From: an uncultured Candidatus Saccharibacteria bacterium
Lineage (GTDB): Bacteria > Patescibacteriota > Saccharimonadia > Saccharimonadales > JALRHH01
Assembly: GCA_964474995.1 (NCBI GenBank)
Contig: CAYYUY010000006.1
Location: 1 to 58,443 of the forward strand
DNA: 58,443 nt
Direction: 5' to 3'
A program made the position numbers and the translations under genes. Every line of letters starts with the position of its first letter. The stretch's first letter is position 1. This document shows positions 1 to 8,128 of the stretch, one piece after another. Below the pieces are notes generated by a model. The model was not told the DNA's origin. It saw nothing but the letters and a program-made list of their open reading frames with translations, and searched no databases.

Positions 1-381
1 GACGTTGGACTTTATCGGTTAGATCAGCAGGTCGCTTGTCAGCGTATAGACAAACCTACAATAGATGCAAAAACACCTATTAGTAACGCTAAAGAAGCTG
101 TAGCAAACTTGTTTGCTCTCAGTAACCTACGCGTTGCACCAGCTCTAGTTTAATTACTTTAGCCGTGTAGAGCATGACTTCAGATAGCGCTCTTCACGCC
201 ACTTTATCTGAATGCTTGAATGTTGCTGTCCACAGCATTTACTAAGACTTAGGACTGGAAATTGCGGCTTTTTGGCCGTTTACCGGTCGTGATTTCGAGA
301 CAATCTAAATGGCATAAACCTGTAGGATAGACTGATCAGATAAACTAGCGGACGTGGGGGCAGTACCCACCAGCTCCACCA
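1..381 (+). ncRNA. ssrA: tmRNA (SsrA), 5' end cut by the window edge (about 20 nt missing)
   Basis: 3' end GGACGTGGG-GGCAGTA-CCCAC-CAGCTCCACCA (351-381) parallels the tRNA-like end of E. coli tmRNA (GGACGCGGGTTCAACTCCCGCCAGCTCCACCA). The window starts GACG, as in the conserved 5' TTCGACG. Short tag ORF 67-153 has a GCA resume candidate and encodes AKTPISNAKEAVANLFALSNLRVAPALV*. Its stop lies in the loop of hairpin 143-172. Confidence 0.75.
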
Positions 382-383
382 AA
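363..383 (+). repeat. 21-nt direct repeat, copy 1 (GTACCCACCAGCTCCACCAAA), covering the tmRNA T-stem, acceptor strand and CCA
   Basis: Perfect identity with 540-560, 177 nt downstream. Confidence 0.9.
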
Positions 384-384
384 A

Positions 385-416
385 CAAGACCCCATCTTCG
401 GATGGGTTTTTGTTTT
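385..416 (+). terminator. Rho-independent terminator after tmRNA copy-1 end
   Basis: Stem CCCATC / GATGGG with TTCG loop, followed by TTTTTGTTTT. Confidence 0.65.
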
Positions 417-539
417 GGTTAACTTTGTGCGGGTACTGCCCGTGAGGGCGAAAATGCCCAGTGGGCATTTGAGTTTTCTATGCTTGTCCTGCGAGCATTT
501 TGCTAGAGCAAAATGTTGCCGAGCAGTTAATAAGAGTTC

Positions 540-560
540 GTACCCACCAGCTCCACCAAA
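540..560 (+). repeat. 21-nt direct repeat, copy 2 (displaced or second tmRNA 3' end)
   Basis: Identical to 363-383. It is preceded by GTTC, so it reads GTTCGTACCCACCAGCTCCACCA, closer to a canonical TTCG T-loop. Confidence 0.9.
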
Positions 561-564
561 GTAA

Positions 565-591
565 GAACCCGAACATGTGTCGGGTTTTTTC
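565..591 (+). terminator. Rho-independent terminator after repeat copy 2
   Basis: Stem CCCGA / TCGGG followed by TTTTTT, same layout as the copy-1 terminator. Confidence 0.6.
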
Positions 592-665
592 TTTGGTATA
601 AATTCGTTGTAAATTAGAATAAGCGGCGCTACACTGAGACCAAACTTAGAGGGGGAGGCTACCAC

Positions 666-2594
666 GTGGATTTAACTGACAAGCAAACGCCGGGCGCACC
701 GGAAATGCCCGAGTTAGACGTATTACCCGAAGATATGAAGCACGAAGACGTAGTTACTGATGCCCAGGAACCGTCGGAAATAGTAGACACGCCAACTCCT
801 CAAGTAGTGAGTACCCCAATCGTGACTGAGGTCAATCACACAGTGTTGGTTAAGACAAAAGAAGTCACAAAGAAGCCTCGGCGGAAACTATCCAAGCGCG
901 GTTGGCTGATTCTATTAGCTGTCATCTTAACCGTAGCTGCCGGCGCTGGCGTATGGTTTTGGAAGCATAACCAAAAACCCCAAGTGACTGATTCAAAAGC
1001 TCCCGTAACAACCACAAAAAAAACTGAAACGAAGCAAGATAACGGACCAGTAATCTCGGCCGAAGATAAGGCATTACTCGAGAAGATGATCCACCCAACA
1101 ACCGGTGAGACATGGTACGCGTCACCGATTACACTGGCTGATCAGAAGTTTATGGCTCCTTTGACGCAAGATGCAATTAATAATGGCGTTACGCAGCCAA
1201 TTTATAAAGAAGTTGGCAAGCGAGCTGGCAACAAAATTGTGTTGGTGCAAGCTGCAGCCGATGGGCCCGGGGGCGATAGCTACTATCTGTTTGAAGTTGC
1301 ACCAAACAATACAACACGTCTTATCTCGCACCCTGATGGCATAGCCAAATACGATGATACATATGGTCCTACTGCTGATATGTTCACCAAGGGAATTATC
1401 ATCGACACCTCGACGCACTATGATTCGCTGACCATACCTGGTGCGATCGATTTGGGTAACGGATATGCCGTGAAGAGCACGGGAAACGGCTCGATCGCTG
1501 ACTCATTCTATAGTTCACAAGGTAGTACGAGCGTGAAGCAGATCGGTGACTCAGCAATCGTCAAGATAGCTCGCAGCGACACGGCTACCGGTCTGACGTC
1601 ATATGGCTATATGATGCAGTTCCCTTTCAAAACAACCGTACTGCTCAAATATGAGCCACTCGAAACAACACTCAAGGATTACAAATGGCAGAACGGTGTT
1701 AGCACAAGTGACACAATTGCTGCAATCGCGCGTGGGTGTGGTGGTCTGTCGGCAGCCGTAACCGTGGCAAACAATGCAAAAGATGCAGACTTCGTATTTG
1801 CTGGTACCTCTTCATCTGGCCAAAAGGTGTATGACGCTAAAGACGCCAACTACATCCTCGTCAATAAGGCTTACGATGAATTCCATACGTTTTATAATGG
1901 TTCAACAGATGCAGCTGGCAAACAGAAGCTTGCAATGACAAAAGCAGACTTTATCAAACAGCACGGTGTTGTCTTTTACAAAGATAAGTCCGGTGCATGG
2001 TTGGTTTATGCTCGTCAGGATTTTGCAGCAGTTGGTGGCTGTGCCAAGCCAGTGGTATATCTGTATCCAACACAAGCAGAGCAGGTGAATGTCCGTGTTG
2101 GCGCTGATGTGAAGGTTTCTATCCCACTGTACAACACCACAACTGGTTGGAGTGTATGGGCGCAACCAAATGGTCAATTGACCGCCAACGGTACTGCATA
2201 CGACTCACTATTCTGGGAGGGTCCAGGACAGGGCGCATACCCAAGTATCACGAGTGGTAGTGTTGTAGCTCGCAGTGCAGCGGTGGATACAATTCGTCAG
2301 CAATTGGCGCAGCAGGGTTTAAATACCAAGGAGTCCAACGACTTCATGGCTTACTGGGAAAACAAGGTCCCCAACAAGCCATATATCCGTCTGACGTGGT
2401 TCAGCACCGCGCAGCTTAATGAACTGGCACCACTCAAGATTACACCAGCACCTGATACGTTGATTCGCGTCTTCCTGGACATGGATGGACTTGATAAGCC
2501 GATCTCATTGCCAGCGCAGCATCTGTCTACAATACCGCGAAATGGCTTCACGGTCGTGGAGTGGGGCGGACTCTCGCTCACCAAACTCTACTAG
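666..2594 (+). CDS. Membrane-anchored hypothetical protein with large extracytoplasmic domain
   Basis: 642-aa ORF with GTG start 7 nt after GAGGGGGAGG. Acidic/Pro-rich N-terminus, one TM helix (WLILLAVILTVAAGAGVWFW), long C-terminal region. No family recognised by eye. Confidence 0.8.
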   Translation: MDLTDKQTPGAPEMPELDVLPEDMKHEDVVTDAQEPSEIVDTPTPQVVSTPIVTEVNHTVLVKTKEVTKKPRRKLSKRGWLILLAVILTVAAGAGVWFWKHNQKPQVTDSKAPVTTTKKTETKQDNGPVISAEDKALLEKMIHPTTGETWYASPITLADQKFMAPLTQDAINNGVTQPIYKEVGKRAGNKIVLVQAAADGPGGDSYYLFEVAPNNTTRLISHPDGIAKYDDTYGPTADMFTKGIIIDTSTHYDSLTIPGAIDLGNGYAVKSTGNGSIADSFYSSQGSTSVKQIGDSAIVKIARSDTATGLTSYGYMMQFPFKTTVLLKYEPLETTLKDYKWQNGVSTSDTIAAIARGCGGLSAAVTVANNAKDADFVFAGTSSSGQKVYDAKDANYILVNKAYDEFHTFYNGSTDAAGKQKLAMTKADFIKQHGVVFYKDKSGAWLVYARQDFAAVGGCAKPVVYLYPTQAEQVNVRVGADVKVSIPLYNTTTGWSVWAQPNGQLTANGTAYDSLFWEGPGQGAYPSITSGSVVARSAAVDTIRQQLAQQGLNTKESNDFMAYWENKVPNKPYIRLTWFSTAQLNELAPLKITPAPDTLIRVFLDMDGLDKPISLPAQHLSTIPRNGFTVVEWGGLSLTKLY

Positions 2595-2606
2595 ACTTCC
2601 GCTATA

Positions 2607-3170
2607 ATGGGCAGGATGAATGGGCGGCCACTTGTATTTATAGATATTGAAACCACCGGCATGGGTCCGCAGAATTCGCGGGTGCTCGAAATTGGCGCCT
2701 TACGGGTCGAAGATGGACAAGTGGTCAAAACCTACAAACAACTGATCAATCCCGAAGAACCAGTGCCATCGTTTATCACCGGATTAACCGGTATTAATGG
2801 TAGTGATGTGCATGGTGCACCAACGTTTGGTGAAGTTGCCCATGAGTTGTCTGAGCTGTTCAATGGGGCGATCTTTGTTGCGCATAATGTGTCGTTTGAC
2901 TATGGGTTTATCAAGGCAGAGTTTGCCAGACTGGGCCAATTATTTGCACAAGATCGTATCTGTACCGTTCGATTGTCACGCAAGCTGTATCCGGCGCAGC
3001 GCAGCCATCGACTGGACGAAGTCATTCGTATTCACGGCTATGATGTAGAGAGCCGCCACCGTGCCTACGATGATGCCGAGATTTTGTACAAGTTCTACCA
3101 AGATCACCTGCTCAAGCTGGGCGATGGGCTGCATACCACCATGGGCCAGCTACTACAGCCAGCAGCATAG
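2607..3170 (+). CDS. DnaQ-like 3'-5' exonuclease (DNA pol III epsilon family)
   Basis: DEDDh motifs FIDIETTG, AHNVSFDYGF and HRAYDDA. Confidence 0.85.
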   Translation: MGRMNGRPLVFIDIETTGMGPQNSRVLEIGALRVEDGQVVKTYKQLINPEEPVPSFITGLTGINGSDVHGAPTFGEVAHELSELFNGAIFVAHNVSFDYGFIKAEFARLGQLFAQDRICTVRLSRKLYPAQRSHRLDEVIRIHGYDVESRHRAYDDAEILYKFYQDHLLKLGDGLHTTMGQLLQPAA

Positions 3171-3176
3171 AATCTA

Positions 3177-3205
3177 TTGACTCATAACAGATATCATGCT
3201 AGTAT
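3177..3205 (+). promoter_or_regulatory. Sigma70-like promoter TTGACT-N17-TAGTAT with TGn extension
   Basis: Hexamers at 3177-3182 and 3200-3205. Implies a roughly 250-nt leader before the helicase start. Confidence 0.45.
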
Positions 3206-3461
3206 ATGGGTATTGTTTTACATGAATCCTAGGGTACACGGTCTATTACTTTGGTTTCATACGACAATCACAAGTAATAACCCGGTAATCTACCCGGCTC
3301 ATGCTCTCTTGGTCCCAGACCGCCCGCTTTTGACGATAGTCGTCTGAAGTTTGTCGATGTAATTATTTACACCGCCTTGCTTCACATGGATGTTGCTCAG
3401 AAACAGACAATTATGACTACGAGACATGAATAGGTAGACCCCAACAAAAGGATTTATTTAT

Positions 3462-4688
3462 ATGCCTTATCAAGGTACTCGACGATCATTTGGTCGTCCA
3501 TCATACGGCGGCGGCACTCGCAGCGGCTCAAGCTTCGGCGGCGGTCAACGTCGTTCAGGTGGTAACAAGCGTGGTCCAAAAAAGGACTACATTCACCCAT
3601 CTCGTTTCGTGCAAGCTGCACGTCCGGTAGAACGTGAAGAATACGTTGCCACAAACCAGTTTGCCGACTTTGCAGTCGCAGACGTTATTAAAGCTAACTT
3701 GCGTGCTAAGGGTTACGTCACACCTTCACCGATTCAGGATCAAACTATCCCGCTAATCCTCGAAGGCCGTGACATCATCGGTATTGCAAATACTGGTACT
3801 GGTAAAACAGCTGCCTTTGCAGTGCCTGCAATTCACAAGCTAATGACCCAAAAGGGTAGCCGTGTCTTGGTCATTGCACCAACACGTGAGCTTGCACAGC
3901 AAATCGAAGACGAATGTCGTCAAATCGGTAAGGGAACTGGCCTTCTTGGTGCGCTTCTTATCGGTGGTTCAGCAATGGGTCCACAGCTTCGTGACCTCCG
4001 TGATAACCCAGAGATCGTTATCGGTACTCCTGGTCGTATCAAGGACCACATCGAACGTGGCACATTGAAGCTTGGTCAGTTCAACACAGTTGTACTCGAC
4101 GAGGTTGACCGTATGCTCGACATGGGCTTTATCAACGATGTGAGCCTTATCCTTAGTAAGCTTGCAACGCAGCGCCAGTCACTGTACTTCTCTGCAACTA
4201 TGGAACCAAAAGTGAAGAGTCTTATCGACAGCTTTGCCAATGATCCAGTGAGTATTTCAGTTAAGCAGGGTGAAACCAGCGAAAACGTTGAACAAGACAT
4301 TGTCCCTTACCAGTCTCACAACGAGAAGATTGATCGTTTGCACGACATTCTCCTCAGCGACAAAACTGAAAAAGTTATCGTATTTGATGACACGCAGCGA
4401 AGTGTTGAACGCTTGAGCGTTGAGCTTATTGCTCGCGGTTTCAAAGCTGATGCAATTCACGGTGGCAAGAGCCAAGGCCAACGCCAACGTGCTCTCAGTC
4501 GATTCAAGAAAAGTGATGTTACCATCCTGGTTGCAACTGATGTTGCTGCTCGTGGTATCGACGTCAAGGACATCACGCACGTGATCAACTACAGTACACC
4601 ACAGTCTTACGAAGACTACGTGCACCGTATCGGTCGTGCTGGTCGTGCTGGTCGTACCGGCTTTGCTTTGACCTTCGTCGAAGCCTAA
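3462..4688 (+). CDS. DEAD-box ATP-dependent RNA helicase
   Basis: Motifs TGTGKTAAF, DEVD (DEAD variant), SAT and HRIGRAGRAG. Arg/Gly/Ser-rich N-terminal tail. Confidence 0.9.
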   Translation: MPYQGTRRSFGRPSYGGGTRSGSSFGGGQRRSGGNKRGPKKDYIHPSRFVQAARPVEREEYVATNQFADFAVADVIKANLRAKGYVTPSPIQDQTIPLILEGRDIIGIANTGTGKTAAFAVPAIHKLMTQKGSRVLVIAPTRELAQQIEDECRQIGKGTGLLGALLIGGSAMGPQLRDLRDNPEIVIGTPGRIKDHIERGTLKLGQFNTVVLDEVDRMLDMGFINDVSLILSKLATQRQSLYFSATMEPKVKSLIDSFANDPVSISVKQGETSENVEQDIVPYQSHNEKIDRLHDILLSDKTEKVIVFDDTQRSVERLSVELIARGFKADAIHGGKSQGQRQRALSRFKKSDVTILVATDVAARGIDVKDITHVINYSTPQSYEDYVHRIGRAGRAGRTGFALTFVEA

Positions 4689-4700
4689 ATATACCTGTAT

Positions 4701-4728
4701 GGCTGAAAGTTCTTGGTAACTTTCAGCC
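4701..4728 (+). terminator. Perfect 11-bp hairpin after the helicase gene
   Basis: GGCTGAAAGTT-cttggt-AACTTTCAGCC, followed by an A-run rather than a T-run, so function is uncertain. Confidence 0.35.
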
Positions 4729-4798
4729 AAAAATCAGGCGTTATGCGCTAGAATAGATAGCAGCGTTTCATTAACTAATGAATTAAGGACTATATCTT

Positions 4799-4957
4799 TT
4801 GCATTTGTTTATTCACTTTGGCTACCTAGACCCTAGTACTGGCAGCTTGCTTGTACAATCAATGGTTGGCGTTATCGCTGGCATTGGTATCTTTGGTCGC
4901 CGTTTGATCGCTAATATCGGTCATCGCATCACGTCACTATTTGGTAAGAAAGACTAA
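4799..4957 (+). CDS. Small membrane protein (52 aa) with a G-Y-L-D-P-S-T-G-S motif; below the ORF-track length cut-off
   Basis: TTG start 9 nt after AAGGA. Sequence LHLFIHFGYLDPSTGSLLVQSMVGVIAGIGIFGRRLIANIGHRITSLFGKKD has one TM helix and a basic tail. The stop lies 10 nt before the next gene. Confidence 0.5.
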   Translation: MHLFIHFGYLDPSTGSLLVQSMVGVIAGIGIFGRRLIANIGHRITSLFGKKD

Positions 4958-4966
4958 TTCTCGTAT

Positions 4967-6355
4967 ATGAGCCTTGAGTCACAGAGTGGATCATTTCGCG
5001 ACCCAGCCGGGTTTGTGTTTGAGCATGATGGTACGTTGTATCGTCAAATCAACCAATCTGGCAAAGTTGACTATGATCTACTCATGAACTCAGGTCTTTA
5101 TGAAGCCCTTCAAAAAGAAGGACTTATGGTAGCTCACGAAGAAGTTACCCTCAAAGCAGCCAAGGGTGCGTACAAGGTTATTCGTCCTGAGCGCGTGCCG
5201 TTTGTATCGTATCCGTACGAGTGGACTTTTGTGCAGCTGCAACAAGCTGCGTTATTAACACTTCAGGTACTCAACCTTGGTATTAAGCACGGCATGATTC
5301 TCAAGGATTCGAGCGCCTACAACATTCAGTTTGTTGGCAACAAGCCAGTATTTATCGATACATTGTCATTTACGGCATATGAAACAGGCAAGCCATGGGA
5401 AGGTTACAAACAGTTCTGCGAGCACTTCATTGCGCCGCTGGCTCTGGCACATTACACTTCACAAGATATTCTCAAGACACTTCGGGTCTATATCGATGGT
5501 CTGCCACTACAAACAGTTTGTAGCTTGCTGCCGCGTCGTGCTAAGTTCCGTCCTGGCCTGCTCGCTCACTTGTATATTCACGGCAGTGCGCAAAAGAAGC
5601 ACAAACAAGGTGGTGAAGCAGTTGGCGCCAAAACCAAGGAGCGCAAAGTTTCTGCGCTGGCTATGGAAGGTTTGCAGTCAAGCCTCAAAAGCACCGTTAC
5701 CAAACTTCGCCCGCCAAGGATTGATAGCGAATGGGGCGAATATTACACGTTTACCAACTACTCTGACGACTCATTTACGCATAAGCGAAAAACAGTCGCT
5801 GCATTATTGGCACAAGTCACACCGAAGCCTGAAATGGTTTGGGACATTGGTGCAAATAATGGTGAGTTTAGCGAGCTGGCTGCCGAAGCCGGTGCATATA
5901 CAGTGGCATTTGATATCGATGCCAATGCAGTAGCTTACAACTATGCCGCCAAACGTAAGCCTGAGATCGAAGGCCGCATGTTGCCACTCGTTCAGGATCT
6001 TACAAACCCAAGTACTGCACTTGGTTGGGCGCACACCGAGCGCATGTCACTAACTGGTCGTGGCCCAGCAGATGTCGTCATGGCGCTGGCCTTGATCCAT
6101 CACCTGGCAATTGGTAATAATCTGCCACTTGATAAAGTTGCTTCATTTTTGCGACAAATTGGCAAAAATATCATTATTGAATTTGTACCAAAAGAGGACT
6201 CCAAGGTGCAGCACCTGCTTGCTTCACGTGAAGACATCTTTGATCAGTATGATTATGAGCATTTCGAGCAGGCAATGGGTGAACATTTTACGCAAATTGC
6301 CAAAAAACCAGTCAAAGGCTCGCATCGTAGCATATACTTATACCAAGCTAAGTAG
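4967..6355 (+). CDS. Class I SAM-dependent methyltransferase with a long N-terminal domain
   Basis: Rossmann SAM motif VWDIGANNGEFS...AFDID in the C-terminal third. N-terminal GSFRDPAGFVF block. Confidence 0.7.
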   Translation: MSLESQSGSFRDPAGFVFEHDGTLYRQINQSGKVDYDLLMNSGLYEALQKEGLMVAHEEVTLKAAKGAYKVIRPERVPFVSYPYEWTFVQLQQAALLTLQVLNLGIKHGMILKDSSAYNIQFVGNKPVFIDTLSFTAYETGKPWEGYKQFCEHFIAPLALAHYTSQDILKTLRVYIDGLPLQTVCSLLPRRAKFRPGLLAHLYIHGSAQKKHKQGGEAVGAKTKERKVSALAMEGLQSSLKSTVTKLRPPRIDSEWGEYYTFTNYSDDSFTHKRKTVAALLAQVTPKPEMVWDIGANNGEFSELAAEAGAYTVAFDIDANAVAYNYAAKRKPEIEGRMLPLVQDLTNPSTALGWAHTERMSLTGRGPADVVMALALIHHLAIGNNLPLDKVASFLRQIGKNIIIEFVPKEDSKVQHLLASREDIFDQYDYEHFEQAMGEHFTQIAKKPVKGSHRSIYLYQAK

Positions 6356-6363
6356 TAGGCACC

Positions 6364-8106
6364 ATGAAGCGACTCATCAAACAAACACTGAAAACCAAGA
6401 AAAAAACACTACTCCGTAATATTGCCATTCGACTCTATGGTTCAAGTTTGCTTGAGACGATGATGTTGGCCACATTCGTTTTGTCGCGCTACTACCAGAA
6501 CATCGATTTCAGTTATCCATCAGATATAGTGCTGCCAACGCTGTTATTTGCAATACTTTCAGCAGTTATATATTACCCATTTCGGCTGTTGCTTGGCCGG
6601 GCAACACCAGCCCACATCAGCAGCTTACTGCTCGGTTATTTGCTATACAGTTTCGGTCAACAATCATTACTTGCGCCACTCGCAAAAATGCTTTTGCCAA
6701 AGAGTTTTGAAACTAGTTTTTCAACCGCATTACTTCGCACGATATTCCTTGCAATCATGTGTGGAGTAATTGGCTATGCGATCAAGCTAGCATTGAAACG
6801 AAAAGAACTCCGGCAGCTCCCGCTTGGCAAGATCATGGCCTTTGCTGTTAGTTTTTTGTTTGTAACACAGGTCGCAAAGGTCGGGCTCAAGATTGTGCAG
6901 ATCTGGCCAGAACTGACTTATCACTACAACTATGTCCAACCGAAACAAGATAAGAGCAAAGCCACGACCAAGCCAAATATTTACTACGTGGTATTTGACC
7001 GTTATGGAAACAGTGAGCAGCTTGCCACACACTTTGACATCGACAACGCACCGCTCAATAGCTTTCTTGAGAGTGAGGGCTTTGTGAACCGTCCCGGAGC
7101 GTATGCCAACTATCCATTCACGATGTCCTCAATCACTTCGACGCTTGATATGAATTATCATACTGATCTTGGGGCTAAGTTTGGCAAGGATGGCTATCAA
7201 ACAGCATTTCCGTATCGAGCCATATTCAATAATCCAGGAGTCGCGCAAACACTCAGACAAGATGGCTACACGTACAACCAGCTCAGCTCATGGTGGGACT
7301 TTACGCGTGTTGGTATTCAGGCAGACACGAGCCCCACGCAGTCATTTAGGCTTCGTACATTTGGTATGACTATTTTTGTGAGTGATCTCAATAGAGACAT
7401 CATTAACAAGAGTATTTTTTCACCACTGCTCAAAAAAGGCGTAACGGTTGGTAATACCGCACTCGTCAAATACGACCGCGACAACAACCCACACCAAAAC
7501 CTTGACCTACAGATGGATACGCTCAAGACAATTGCGTCTAATAAGACTGATGGCCCACAATTTACCTTCACGCACATACTCGTGCCGCATCCACCATATG
7601 TTTTTGGTCCAGACGGCAGTGACACGACCTATGATCATGAATCAAATGACAATAATGTAGACGAAACGGTTAAGTACAAAAATTCTGTCACCTATATCAA
7701 CACTCGTATGCAGGAAATGGTGAAAGACATTCGAACGAATGATCCGTCTGCGGTCGTTGTCATTCAGTCTGATGAAGGACCATATCCAAAAGAGTTTAGG
7801 GGCAGTATCACGCCACAGCACTACTATGATCCCGCTACGCTACCAATCACTGATATGCAGCAAAAGTTTGGTGTTCTCGCCAGTTATTACATGCCAGGTG
7901 TATCAAAGGAAGTAGTGGCAGCCAACATCACTGCGTCGGTCAACCCACTACGATTTGTATTGTCGAATTATCTTGGCTACGATCTGCCGATGCTGCCAAA
8001 CTGCCAATTTAGCACTGGCAATAAGTTCCAAGTTTATAACTATCAATTAGTTACTGAAAAGTTGACCGGCAAGCCAGCACCAGCCGAATGTAAACAGTAT
8101 CAATAA
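6364..8106 (+). CDS. Polytopic membrane protein with sulfatase-like (alkaline phosphatase superfamily, LTA-synthase/phosphotransferase-like) ectodomain
   Basis: About 5 N-terminal TM helices, then YYVVFDRYG, HILVPHPPYVF and VVIQSDEGP blocks typical of sulfatase-like transferases. Confidence 0.7.
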   Translation: MKRLIKQTLKTKKKTLLRNIAIRLYGSSLLETMMLATFVLSRYYQNIDFSYPSDIVLPTLLFAILSAVIYYPFRLLLGRATPAHISSLLLGYLLYSFGQQSLLAPLAKMLLPKSFETSFSTALLRTIFLAIMCGVIGYAIKLALKRKELRQLPLGKIMAFAVSFLFVTQVAKVGLKIVQIWPELTYHYNYVQPKQDKSKATTKPNIYYVVFDRYGNSEQLATHFDIDNAPLNSFLESEGFVNRPGAYANYPFTMSSITSTLDMNYHTDLGAKFGKDGYQTAFPYRAIFNNPGVAQTLRQDGYTYNQLSSWWDFTRVGIQADTSPTQSFRLRTFGMTIFVSDLNRDIINKSIFSPLLKKGVTVGNTALVKYDRDNNPHQNLDLQMDTLKTIASNKTDGPQFTFTHILVPHPPYVFGPDGSDTTYDHESNDNNVDETVKYKNSVTYINTRMQEMVKDIRTNDPSAVVVIQSDEGPYPKEFRGSITPQHYYDPATLPITDMQQKFGVLASYYMPGVSKEVVAANITASVNPLRFVLSNYLGYDLPMLPNCQFSTGNKFQVYNYQLVTEKLTGKPAPAECKQYQ

Positions 8107-8128
8107 GCTTGTGTGATACCGTATAGCT

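Larger units (their letters stand above)
358..441. repeat. 11-nt perfect inverted repeat GGGCAGTACCC (358-368) / GGGTACTGCCC (431-441)
   Basis: Read directly. The left arm includes the unusual tmRNA T-loop, and the arms bracket the first terminator hairpin. Confidence 0.85.

Noticed and set aside
1-153. Open reading frame running in from the window edge, which looks like the 3' end of a CDS
   Set aside because: It lies inside a tmRNA. It is followed by the tRNA-like T-arm/acceptor/CCA end, and its stop codon sits in a hairpin loop. It is better read as the tag-peptide frame.
359-539. Group I intron in the tmRNA T-loop (known in one Clostridium lineage)
   Set aside because: The interval is only about 177-181 nt, and the flanks are a direct repeat including the CCA end plus terminators. 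That fits an att-type duplication better. No P7/P3-like core was recognised by eye.
280-665. Minus-strand ORFs 280-468 and 345-665
   Set aside because: They overlap the tmRNA 3' end, both terminators and the direct repeats. Their Gly/Ala-rich translations come from the repeat sequence.
5331-5933. 200-aa alternative + frame ORF
   Set aside because: It lies wholly inside the methyltransferase gene in another frame, and its composition is Cys/His/Ser-rich and non-protein-like.
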